A DNA stretch of 64,000 bases. It comes from Macrostomum lignano. Lineage: Eukaryota. Under the pieces are notes generated by a model. That model saw nothing but the letters and a program-made list of their open reading frames with translations. It was not told the DNA's origin and made no database searches. Positions 11,101 to 21,649 of the stretch are shown piece by piece (within the stretch, counting starts at the first letter, position 1; every line of letters starts with the position of its first letter). The DNA is taken from the NCBI GenBank assembly GCA_002269645.1, contig NIVC01003962.1, positions 1 to 64,000 of the forward strand, in the 5' to 3' direction. A program made the translations under genes and the position numbers.

Positions 11101-13084
11101 TCGCAGGCACTCATTTTAGCGTCGCAGGCACTCATTTTAGCGTCGCAGGCACTCATTTTAGCGCCGCAGGCACTCATTTTAGCGCCGCAGGCACTCATTT
11201 TAGCGCCGCAGGCACTCATTTTAGCGCCACAGGCACTCATTTTAGCGCCGCAGGCACTCATTTTAGCGCCGCAGGCACTCATTTTAGCGCCGCAGGCACT
11301 CATTTTAGCGCCGCAGGCACTCATTTTAGCGTCGCAGGCACTCATTTTAGCGTCGCAGGCACTCATTTTAGCGTCGCAGGCACTCATTTTAGCGCCACAG
11401 GCACTCATTTTAGCGTCGCAGGCACTCATTTTAGCGTCGCAGGCACTCATTTTAGCGCCACAGGCACTCATTTTAGCGCCGCAGGCACTCATTTTGGCGC
11501 CACAGGCACTCATTTTAGCGTCGCAGGCACTCATTTTAGCGCCACAGGCACTCATTTTAGCGCCGCAGGCACTCATTTTGGCGCCACAGGCACTCATTTT
11601 AGAACCGCAGGCACTCATTTTAGCGCCGCAGGCACTCATTTTAGCGCCGCAGGCACTCATTTTGGCGCCACAGGCACTCATTTTAGCGCCGCAGGCACTC
11701 ATTTTAGTGCCGCAGGCACTCATTTTAGCGTCGCAGGCACTCATTTTAGCGTCGCAGGCACTCATTTTAGCGCCGCAGGCACTCATTTTAGCGCCGCAGG
11801 CACTCATTTTAGCGCCGCAGGCACTCATTTTAGCGCCGCAGGCACTCATTTTAGCGTCGCAGGCACTCATTTTAGCGTCGCAGGCACTCATTTTAGCGCC
11901 GCAGGCACTCATTTTGGCGCCACAGGCACTCATTTTAGCGCCGCAGGCACTCATTTTAGTGCCGCAGGCACTCATTTTAGCGTCGCAGGCACTCATTTTA
12001 GCGTCGCAGGCACTCATTTTAGCGCCGCAGGCACTCATTTTAGCGCCGCAGGCACTCATTTTAGCGTCGCAGGCACTCATTTTAGCGTCGCAGGCACTCA
12101 TTTTAGCGTCGCAGGCACTCATTTTAGCGCCGCAGGCACTCATTTTAGCGCCGCAGGCACTCATTTTAGCGCCGCAGGCACTCATTTTAGCGTCGCAGGC
12201 ACTCATTTTAGCGCCGCAGGCACTCATTTTAGCGCCGCAGGCACTCATTTTAGCGTCGCAGGCACTCATTTTAGCGTCGCAGGCACTCATTTTAGCGTCG
12301 CAGGCACTCATTTTAGCGCCGCAGGCACTCATTTTAGCGTCGCAGGCACTCATTTTGGCGCCACAGGCACTCATTTTAGCGCCGCAGGCACTCATTTTGG
12401 CGCCACAGGCACTCATTTTGGCGCCGCAGGCACCCATTTTGGCGCCACAGGCACTCTGTTTTGTCGCCCTGCAGCAAAATTATTGATTTCCATAACGGGT
12501 CACAAGGTGGGGTTGGGAAGAATTGGCAATTTGGAAGGGGACATGTCCCCCCTGTCCCCCTCCCATTGGCGACGCTTCTCGCACACCCAAAGACGCAGTC
12601 ACCACAATATATCAGATATATCTGAAGGTACCTAAAATCATGTCATAGAGCCATACATTTTTCAGTCATAGTCCTGCAATGTAGTTTTAAACAAGCCAAA
12701 CTTTACCTTTGCACAGACGCCACAGGAAGCCGTAATTCACTGAGCCATCCGAGTTAATCCAGTCAGTTCGAGCTGGCCAACCGGTCGTGGCAAAACGTTT
12801 TAACAAAACCGGTTGATTTGCGTGTAAATATCTGCAGTGAATCAGCAGTTTATATACGAAGTTCTTTAGTTAGTCAAAAATGGTTTAAGGGGGTGTAGTT
12901 ACATGTACAAAGAGCAATGGACAGTGATTATTTCTACCTTTCTACCCTTTCAATTGCATAAAAAAGCATCTACAAACCTGCGATAAATCTCCTTCGGATC
13001 ACACTCCTCAGTTAAAACCGTCACGGGCAGTTTCTCTCCGAGTTGTAGTTTCTCAAACCTCGCAACTCGATCGGCAGAATCCAT
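8132..13084 (-). CDS. JMJD4: JmjC domain-containing protein 4 (2-oxoglutarate/Fe hydroxylase), 5 exons, 411 aa
   Basis: Exons 13084-12978, 12831-12707, 10141-9835, 9235-8848, 8440-8132. All junctions are GT-AG and frame-consistent (1236 nt). Motifs YLKDWHF, SDWLNEY, DYRFVYLGP, WTPFHCDVFGSYSWS (HxD), VPSGWHHQV and SINHNWFN match JMJD4. Confidence 0.93.
9410..9660. repeat. Degenerate ~22-bp minisatellite (caagagtgctcaatagtgattt), JMJD4 intron 3
   Basis: About 10 diverged copies. Confidence 0.85.
10215..10400 (-). mobile_element. Second copy of the same SINE with a partly deleted tRNA head (JMJD4 intron 2)
   Basis: Near-identical to 42895-43030 (gaaggctgcgtacggctgttcagtccaaggact...cagctgggtgaactgaagcaatgcagagttaagtgtcct); the B-box segment is missing. 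Confidence 0.85.
10434..12577. mobile_element. TIR element with 9-bp TSD whose interior is a 21-bp minisatellite (JMJD4 intron 2)
   Basis: Ends aggggcgtcgcca / tggcgacgctt, with subterminal gggggaca / tgtccccc. Flanked by the direct repeat ctcgcacac at 10425-10433 and 12578-12586. Confidence 0.8.
10538..12456. repeat. 21-bp minisatellite aggcactcattttagcg(c/t)cgc, about 90 copies, JMJD4 intron 2
   Basis: Highly homogeneous, with two major variants (gcc/gtc) and a minor ttggcgccaca variant. Confidence 0.98.
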
Positions 13085-13680
13085 CTCATTAAAATATGAT
13101 TGTGTTTTGTTATTGAATTTCAACTTCTTGTAGTCGTCTCTGAAATAAGATGTACTTTTAAGCTTCTGAAAGTCATACAGACCGAACGCGTAATCAATTC
13201 AACTTTTTTCCTAGTTTGAAATAGTTAAGCTACAGAACAGCCGACGATGTGCCTGTGTCCCCATAATGAAGACTTTTAAAAAAGAAACTTTAATGTCAAA
13301 ACCTTCTAGCCTAGGAAAAACTAATTGCATACCAATACAGACGTACAAAGGATGTGAGAGTTAAAACTCTTTGAACTTCTCTCAATATTCGCGGTGTCCA
13401 GCGTTAAAAGGTTCTGCAAATACGTATTTCCGTATATATATATACCTGTGTAAGCATTTTTAAGTGAATTTTGCAAATCGGCTTTACTTTTAAGACGATA
13501 TCCCTAACAGTATTTAACCTATGCAGGAATGTTCACTGTCGACACTCAAAAACCTAACCAAGGACGTTTCGCTTACACCAGCTCGAAAGTTCACATTTAC
13601 GAAATCGTGAAAATTTGTGAGCTAGCGGAAATGACTATGTAGCAACACGTTTCGGTGATGTGAAATTTGGAGCTTTTGAC

Positions 13681-13947
13681 ATCTCGAGCTTATGAAGTCT
13701 CGAGCTCATGAAGTCTCGAGCTTGTGAAGTCTCGAGCTTGTGAAGTCTCGAGCTTGTGAAGTCTCGAGCTTGTGAAGTCTCGAGCTTGTGAAGTCTCGAG
13801 CTTGTGAAGTCTCGAGCTTGTGAAGTCTCGAGCTTGTGAAGTCTCGAGTTTGTGAAGTCTCGAGCTTGTGAAGTCTCGAGCTTGTGAAGTCTCGAGCTTG
13901 TGAAGTCTCGAGCTTGTGAAGTCTCGAGCTTGTGAAGTCTCGAGCTT
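13681..13947. repeat. 16-bp minisatellite gaagtctcgagcttgt, about 16 copies, between NUDT8 and JMJD4
   Basis: Near-perfect tandem copies, each containing the ctcgag palindrome. Confidence 0.97.
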
Positions 13948-14430
13948 ACAATATGAAACGCCCACTATTCAAGGATCACTAGGAAGTCTCATAATCCGAG
14001 CCAGAACACCAGATACTAAGACCGTACACCCGGCATCATATCCTGATCAACCTCTTTTTTAAGATTAAATTAAGATCGCAGATTAAATTTTAGTAAAACA
14101 CTTTCAGAAAACCAAAAAGTGATTGCTTTACCTATGGCAGTTTTGGCCAATAAAAAACCAACATATATTTTTATTTAACATTGAATCGAAAATAAATTTA
14201 GAACAGACAATCGAAATAAGTATGCAAATAAAATATAATTAAAAGAGCTAACTGTGTACCAGATAAGAGACAATCAAGGAACTGAAAAAGCGCAATACAA
14301 GTTAAAACAAAAAAATCTACATTTCATGGCGCACAAAATGATACATCAAAATAGAAAAACTCTATTGAATAAAATAGTGCTAAAATAGGGCTATAGTACT
14401 CATAGTAAAGCAGCAAAGTTAAAAGGATGT

Positions 14431-16685
14431 CTAAGAGCCAACCAATGGTTTTGACTTTTTCAAAACAGCTTCACCTTCAATCTGCATTCGGTTGAGCCGC
14501 TGAGGGAATTCCGGCCCCAGCAATAATTGCAGGGCAACAAAAGTGAACACAGCGGTCAGACCCCAGATCCTGGGCAGCTGATCCCTGAGAACAGGCACTG
14601 CGTACCGACCATAACCTGGCCTGTCAAATACTGTGTAGCCCCAGGCACCCGGCTTGTCCAACAGGTGTTCCAGCGATCGAAACAGAACAAGCGACACCTC
14701 ATCGGGATTTGCTCTCAGCTCACTTAGGCTGGCCAATTCACCGCAGTATCCGATCACAGGTGTGACTGCGAATTTGGCAGATGTCTGAAATTGCATAGGG
14801 CTAGATTAGATTAGATTAGATTGGATCAGATTAGATGAAATTAGATAAGATCAGATTAGATCAGGTCAGATCAGATTAGATTAAATCAGAGTAGATTAGA
14901 TTAGATTAGATTATATTATATAAGATTAGATCAGAGTAGATTCGATTCGATTAGATAAGATTAACTCAGATCAGAGTAGATTCGATTCGATTAGATAAGA
15001 TTAACTCAGACAAGATTAGATTAGATCAGAGTAGAATAGATTAGATCAGAGTAGATTAGATTAGATAAGAGTAGATTAGATTAGATTAGACTAAACCAGA
15101 GTAGATTAAATTAGATTAGATCATATTATATAAGATTAGATCAGAGTAGATTCGATTCGATTAGATCAGATTAGCTCAGAGTGGATTAGATTAGATCAGA
15201 GTAGATTTGATTAGATCAGATTAGAGTAGATTAGATTGGATTAGATCAGATTAGCTCAGATCAGATTAGATTAGATCAGAGTAGATTTTATTAGATTAGA
15301 TAAGAGTAGATTAGATTAGATAAGAGTAGATTAGATTAGATAAGAGTAGATTAGATTAGATAAGAGTAGATTAGATTAGATAAGAGTAGATTAGATCAGA
15401 TTAGAGTAGATTAGATTAGATCAGATTAGAGTAGATTAGTTTAGATTCAATTAGAATTTCTTTTTTACAAACAGATTCAATAGGAACTTCACCGTTAAAA
15501 ACATTTTATTCTTTAATGAAACTAAGAATAATGACTATTCAAGGCTTTATACAAGCACACTATGAACTTTTATTTAATTTACCCTTTCTTAGCTGACAGA
15601 TAAAAGATTGCTAGTTCAATCAATAATCTACACTAATAATAGTAAGTATATCCCCAGGCAGCAACTATCAACAGTCAAGCAATATTGTACAAATCAACAG
15701 TTTCTCACAGTATGCGACCGATGGGCGCCCCAAACGTCGACCCGACCAGCCGACAAGCCAATCTCCTCTTCGGCCTCCCTCAGAGCTGTCGCAGCCGCCC
15801 AGCTCAACTCAAGGTCGAAGTCGCAGTCCCTTCCGGTGGAGTTTAATTCGCGCACACCGCCAGGGAAGCTGACCTACAATGCAGTGTAGCGCAATTTGAT
15901 TTATAGGTCTGCGGCCCAGCGGTATCGCGTCTGTCTTCGGTTCAGGAGGACCCGGGTTCGATCCCTGGTCCAACTTGCAATAATTTTAGGAAAAATATTT
16001 TTTTAATAAAAAAACTCGTATTATTACTACTAGTAGAGTATTAAAAATATTTTCTTGTTAATTATTTATCATATTATTTTATATATTTTTTATTATGAGT
16101 AGAGTATTCAATAAATTTTCATTCTTACTTTTTTGGTGCATGTAATATTTCGCCATTTCTACTGTTTAGTAGAGTGTCGAGGAAAGGCTATGTGTAGAAA
16201 TATCGATATTTATTTAATTTTAACATGTACACAATGATTTAATCAGACTTTGCTACTTAGAAACAATCCAAATTAAAAATGGGTGCCAGAATTAGCTGTG
16301 GCAATTGAATGTGTATGTAGCGACCCCCATCTGACCCATTAGGGCCGGTGTAATCAATTATTATTATTATTATTAATATGCCAATCAATTTTGCCAGCTA
16401 GCTGCCTACCTGCCCACTGTGGCTCCTGAGCTGGCCGGAACGCACGGTGTACAGGAGCCCGGGTCCGACGTCCTTCAGCACGCAGAACGGCACCAACACG
16501 CTGGCCTGTCGATGATCTGCGGAAGCTGGGACGGACACTGGATGAGGCAGCCGCTGAGCCTGCTTCTGCAGAGCTTCAATGCAGCGTAGGCGGTTGGCAC
16601 CTTCGAACAGGTGGCAGCGATGCATGCGGCTGAAGGGCGGGGGAGTGTCTTGAGAGACCTCTGTGGCATCTGGCCTAAGGGACAT
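14431..16685 (-). CDS. NUDT8: Nudix hydrolase of the CoA-diphosphatase (NUDT7/NUDT8) type, 3 exons, 264 aa
   Basis: Exons 16685-16410, 15873-15709, 14784-14431, with phase-0 GT-AG introns. Motifs ASVLVP, LLYTVRS..HSGQVSFPGG, TALREAEEEIG (Nudix box), NPDEV and RIWGLTA. Confidence 0.88.
14803..15455. repeat. (tagat)n pentamer microsatellite with variants, NUDT8 intron 2
   Basis: gatta/gatca/gagta/gataa pentamers. Confidence 0.96.
15906..15972 (+). pseudogene. tRNA-Arg(TCG)-like pseudogene or SINE head in NUDT8 intron 1
   Basis: A box ggcccagcggta, anticodon arm gcgtctgtcTTCGgttcagga (cf. tRNA-Arg TCG) and T arm ccgggttcgatccctgg. The acceptor stem does not pair, so this is not a functional tRNA. 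Confidence 0.55.
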
Positions 16686-16732
16686 GCCAATTACGCTTTG
16701 TATGCAACTAAGGCTTGAGACTTGGGATTCAA

Positions 16733-17235
16733 AGTGTGATTCTTAGAAAAGCAGTGTGATTCTTAGGATATTCAGTGTCATTCTTAGAAAGTCAGAGTTT
16801 GATTCTTAAAAAACCAGGGTGTGATTCTTAGAAAACCAGGGTGTGATTCTTAGAATTTGCAGTGTGATTCTTAGAATTATGCAGTGTGATTCTTAGAATA
16901 TGCAGTGTGATTCTTAGAAAACCAGGGTGTGATTCTTAGAATTTGCAGTGTGATTCTTAGAATTATGCAGTGTGATTCTTAGAATATGCAGTGTGATTCT
17001 TAGAATATGCAGTGATTCTTAGAATAGGCAGTGTGATTCTTAGAATATGCAGTGTGATTCTTAGAATAGGCAGTGTGATTCTTAGAATATGCAGTGATTC
17101 TTAGAATAGGCAGTGTGATTCTTAGAATATGCAGTGTGATTCTTAGAATATGCAGTGTGATTCTTATTATCTTTAATAACTCTCAGACTATTGAATAGAT
17201 TTCTTATAAAACTTCTAAAAGCGTGATTCTTAGAA
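16733..17235. repeat. ~21-bp minisatellite gcagtgtgattcttagaatat between RPE and NUDT8
   Basis: About 20 copies. Confidence 0.95.
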
Positions 17236-17638
17236 TACACTTGGCTTCGTGAAAAATGATTAAGATTTAAAAATGATAAATTGGTATTCTTCAAGTAAAA
17301 GCATTTTTAATTTCAAAATAGATCTTATTAGTACTACTTTATTACTATAAATTAAAATTCTTATAATAAAGCTCTTCAAGATATTAAAACAATAAAAGTA
17401 CAACTGGATTAGGACTTTAAAAAGCTTAATTGTTTAAAGTTTAATTTTAACACATTATAATAAGAAACAAGAAATTTTCATATTTGAAATTTTATCAAAT
17501 AATTTCACATAAGTTTCATTTCTAATAATTCATAAAGCCTAAAATGCACTACAAAAATGGTTGGAAATCGCATTGCACTACAAATACCATACGAGCCTAC
17601 AACCAAGTTAATAAATTATAAAAAGTAATTTTCTATTT

Positions 17639-18926
17639 TCAAGATTTATAAACCGATTTCAGTCGAGCAACCACAGCGGCCGGGTCTGGGCTCTTGATCA
17701 GGGCGGTGCCGGACACCAGAACGTTGGCACCGGCTGATGCGCACTGCGCAACATTGTCTGGCGTTACGCCACCATCAACTTCAATATCTAACGTGGCGTA
17801 TCGATCGCGGAGCGACTTCACTTTGGGCATCATGTCAGACATGAACGACTGACCCCCGAAGCCTGGATGGACCGTCATTACTAGGATCTGCGAGGTATAT
17901 AGGATTTGGGATCGGAATGGTTAGGGTAGGAATCTAGATATTGAGATTGCGATCATTGACTTTGAGATTGAGATTTTTGATTCTGAGATTGGGATTATTG
18001 ATTCTGAGATTGGGATTATTGATTCTGAGATGGGGATTACTGATTCTGAGATTGGGATTATTGATTCTGAGATTGGGATTATTGATTTTGAGATTGGGAT
18101 TATTGATTCTGAGATTGGGATTATTGATTTTGAGATTGGGATTATTGATTCTGAGATACGAATTCTTGATTTTAAGATTGGGATTTCTTATTTTAGGATT
18201 GGGATTCTTGATTTATGATCATACATTCCATGACATCTTGAAAAGGGGCCTAAATGACATTGATATCAGGAATAAAAACTACAGTCCTAGTAATTAATAG
18301 AATGAATGATTTATTAAATTTTCAATAACCTGGTCAACAGACTCCACAAAGGGAAACACCAAATGCACAGGCGTGTCCGGGCTGATCCCAAGTCCCACTC
18401 GCATCCTATTCTCTCGGATATGCCGAATGCACTCGCTGCAAGCTTCGGTGTCAACATTCCCGACGACTGGCGAAGAAGAGTCGCTGCCGCCACCTGTGGA
18501 GCCGATTTGACAGAATGGCTCCAGGTGGAATGTGTACTGATTGGCCCCCGCACTGGCCATGGGCTGCACCCACTGGCGCGGCTTAGAGACCATCATGTGC
18601 ACCTGGGAGTCAGGGTGAGAATGATGGGTGAGAAGGACATTCCTGGCTACGCGCAAAACTATTGAACTGAAATTACTGCCTAATTGTCTCTCTGTCTGTC
18701 TGCCTGCCTGTCTGTCTGTCTGTCTGCCTGTTTTTCCGTCTGCCTGCCTGTTTTTCCGTCTGCCTGCCTGCCTGTTTTTCCGTCTGCCTGCCTGTTTTTC
18801 CGTCTGTCTGTCTGTCTGTCTGTCTATCTGTTAGTCTGCCTGTCTGTCTGCCCGTCTGCCTGTCTGTCTGTCTGCCTGCCTGTCTGTCTGTCTGCCTGTT
18901 TTTTTGTCTGTCTGCCTGCCTGTTTT

Positions 18927-18961
<35 letters not shown>

Positions 18962-19385
18962 GTTAGTCTGCCTGTCTGTCTGCCCGTCTGCCTGTCTGCC
19001 TGTCTGTCTGTCTGCCTGCCTGTCTGTCTGTCTGCCTGTTTTTTGTCTGTCTGCCTGCCTGTTTTTCTGTCTGTCTGTCTGTCTGTCTATCTGTTAGTCT
19101 GCCTGTCTGTCTGCCCGTCTGCCTGTCTGTCTGTCTGTCTGTCTGCCTGCCTGTTTTTCTGTCTGTCTGTCTGTCTGTCTATCTGTTAGTCTGCCTGCCT
19201 GTCTGTCTGTTTTTTTTGTCTGTCTGCCTGCCTGTTTTTCCGTCTGCCTGCCTGTTTTTCCGTCTGTCTGTCTGTCTGTCTGTCTATCTGTTAGTCTGCC
19301 TGTCTGTCTGCCCGTCTGCCTGTCTGTCTGCCTGCCTGTCTGTCTGCCTGCCTGTTTTTCTGTCTGTCTGCCTGCCTGTTTTTCC

Positions 19386-19421
<36 letters not shown>

Positions 19422-20022
19422 GTTAGTCTGCCTGTCTGTCTGCCCGTCTGCCTGTCTGTCTGTCTGCCTGCTTGTCTGTCTCTCTGTCTGTCTGTCTGTC
19501 TGTCTGTCTGCCTGCCTGTCGGTCTGTCTGCATTTTTCATGCCCAGTAGTATCTCATCAAATATCATAAATTTCTTATAACTGTATTCCTAACGACTATT
19601 TTCTCTCTGTGCCATTCTATTGCATCAAGCAAGCAAGCAAGCATCAAGCAAGCAAGCATCAATGCATCAAGCATTGTCATCAATCCAACTGTCCCAGTGT
19701 CTGTATGCACATCTTATTAGTGTACAGTGCAGTCATATAAGCTTAGTCCAGTGGTATCAATGCCAGCCCGAATCAGCACAAAACATCAACTGCTAACCTC
19801 AAGAAGTACACCTGGCAGCTTTGGACGAAGGCACTGCACAACAGGATGACCAAATGTTAAATTTGGCACAAAGTGGCCATCCATGACATCCAGATGGAGA
19901 AAATCAGAACCAGCTGAAATCATTCTGTTGCATTCCGAGTGCAGCTCGGCCAGGTCTGAGTTCAGAATGGAAGCAGCAACCTTCACTGGTGGTGAATGAG
20001 GCTGACACTGTTGCGGCTGCAT
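17639..20022 (-). CDS. RPE: Ribulose-phosphate 3-epimerase, 3 exons, 248 aa
   Basis: Exons 20022-19798, 18602-18330, 17887-17639, phase 0. Motifs [53 protein letters not shown] and [10 protein letters not shown]; the metal-ligand His/Asp residues are intact. Confidence 0.96.
17945..18210. repeat. 21-bp minisatellite ttgattctgagattgggatta, RPE intron 2
   Basis: About 11 copies. Confidence 0.95.
18685..19530. repeat. (tctg/cctg)n tetramer array with ~130-bp higher-order blocks, RPE intron 1
   Basis: The marker tctatctgttagtctgcc recurs six times. Confidence 0.95.
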
Positions 20023-21214
20023 TAGGACTTGGTGTTTATTAAATATGAGCAAACTTAACAAGATAGTTTACCAATAGAAGATTTTCTCATGAATAAAAAG
20101 GTAATTTGCTTATTTCTCTAAGTATAATATTTAGGTCCTAACAAACAAGTATGCCATTTTATAATAGGGGTTAATAGGGAATAATAGGAATAAACTACAA
20201 GATTAGCTAATACATATATTACTATATTATTATAAAAGCATATGCCTAGCTAAAAGCGGACAAGAAAATAATATAATAATAGTGAAGTGTATTGAAAATT
20301 GGAAATGCATCTATAATTTTTTTAGATGTATGTATGCATATACATATGTTTTCATTCTTTGAACTTTTTGCATTGTATAAATGAAATTTTTGTTGCAGTA
20401 AACATTAATTATTGGGCCCAATAACTGAAACCTTTTTTGATATATTTTTACATAGATAGGCCTAGGATTCATTCAAAATTGACCTTAATAGGGAAACAAA
20501 AATATGATATAGTTTAAAGTATTTATCAAAATTATTTTAATTTGTTTTAATTATATATATCCATATATACATACTATATTGGCATATAATCTTATATCTA
20601 AAGCTGAGTAGACCAACTAGGTTTAAGTTTATTGTGTATCTCCCCCTAGATGACTGGCAACTCAAATGCCATACTTCTAACAGTATGATCTCAAGTTAAC
20701 AGAGAGAGTCTTGATTGACTGCAATTTGATAGAGATAGTATTGATATTAAATTGATAAGATGCAATTTATTAGAGGATTTTGATGAAGGATTCTTGTTTC
20801 ACAGAGAGGATTTTGATAGATTTCAATTTCATAAAGAGTTAAAATGTGAAAGAAACATGAATAGAAAAAAGAGAAAAAAAATAAAAAGGAGAAAAAGATA
20901 AGAGAACAAGGCAAGAGAAGAGATAAGAGCAAGAGGAGGCAATAGATTATACCAAATTTTCTAGTGCAAATCAACAATTTCTCTGACATATTTGCCATAC
21001 TTATAGTGCAAAACTGCATAGTTGGATGAATATAGGCCTATTCTATGAATTAGTAATTATTAGACTTTTGCTGATTATTGTAATGTATAATTCTTTGCAT
21101 CTTTTAGATGTCTTTTTATTATAATTATAGTAATAACAATAATAATAATAGATTACACCTGCCCCAATTGGGCCAGATGTGCAACTGACAGCTCAGCCGC
21201 AGCTATTGCGTGGC

Positions 21215-21442
21215 ACATTGTAAAGCTACATATAGCTGTTCAGTCCAGGGACTAGGAGGTTGCCATATACCCTCAATTATCCCAGCTAATACTAATACCC
21301 ATTTTATAGCTGGGTGAACTAAAGCAATGCAGAATTAAGTGTTTTGCTCAAGGACACAAATTGTTCCAAGTGGGATTAGGAATCAAACTCCCAACCTTCA
21401 AGCTATGAGGCTGACACTCTAAACCAATAGGCTATAACCACC
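21215..21442 (-). mobile_element. Third, transition-decayed copy of the same SINE
   Basis: Colinear with 42895-43122 but with many C>T/G>A changes and no remaining CpGs. Confidence 0.8.
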
Positions 21443-21649
21443 ATATTCCCCCAACCTCCAATTCCTTGCATATATATAATTATAGAATATACAAAATTTG
21501 TTCATTTTATTATGAATATAAGAGTATTCAAATTTTAATTAAATTAAATTTTCTGTCTGCTATTTACTATTCACTATTATTATACAAATAGATAATTTTT
21601 TATTTGATTATAAGTTAACAGTAAGAATGCAAAGCAATTTTACCATCTA

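Noticed and set aside
10479-12635. 652-aa, 716-aa and 330-aa ORFs (KMSACGA, GTHFSAA and QALILAP repeats)
   Set aside because: They are translations of a 21-bp minisatellite inside JMJD4 intron 2; a unit length divisible by 3 without stops explains them.
15906-15972. Functional tRNA-Arg(TCG)
   Set aside because: The acceptor stem is not complementary and the anticodon stem is mismatched; kept only as a pseudogene or SINE head.
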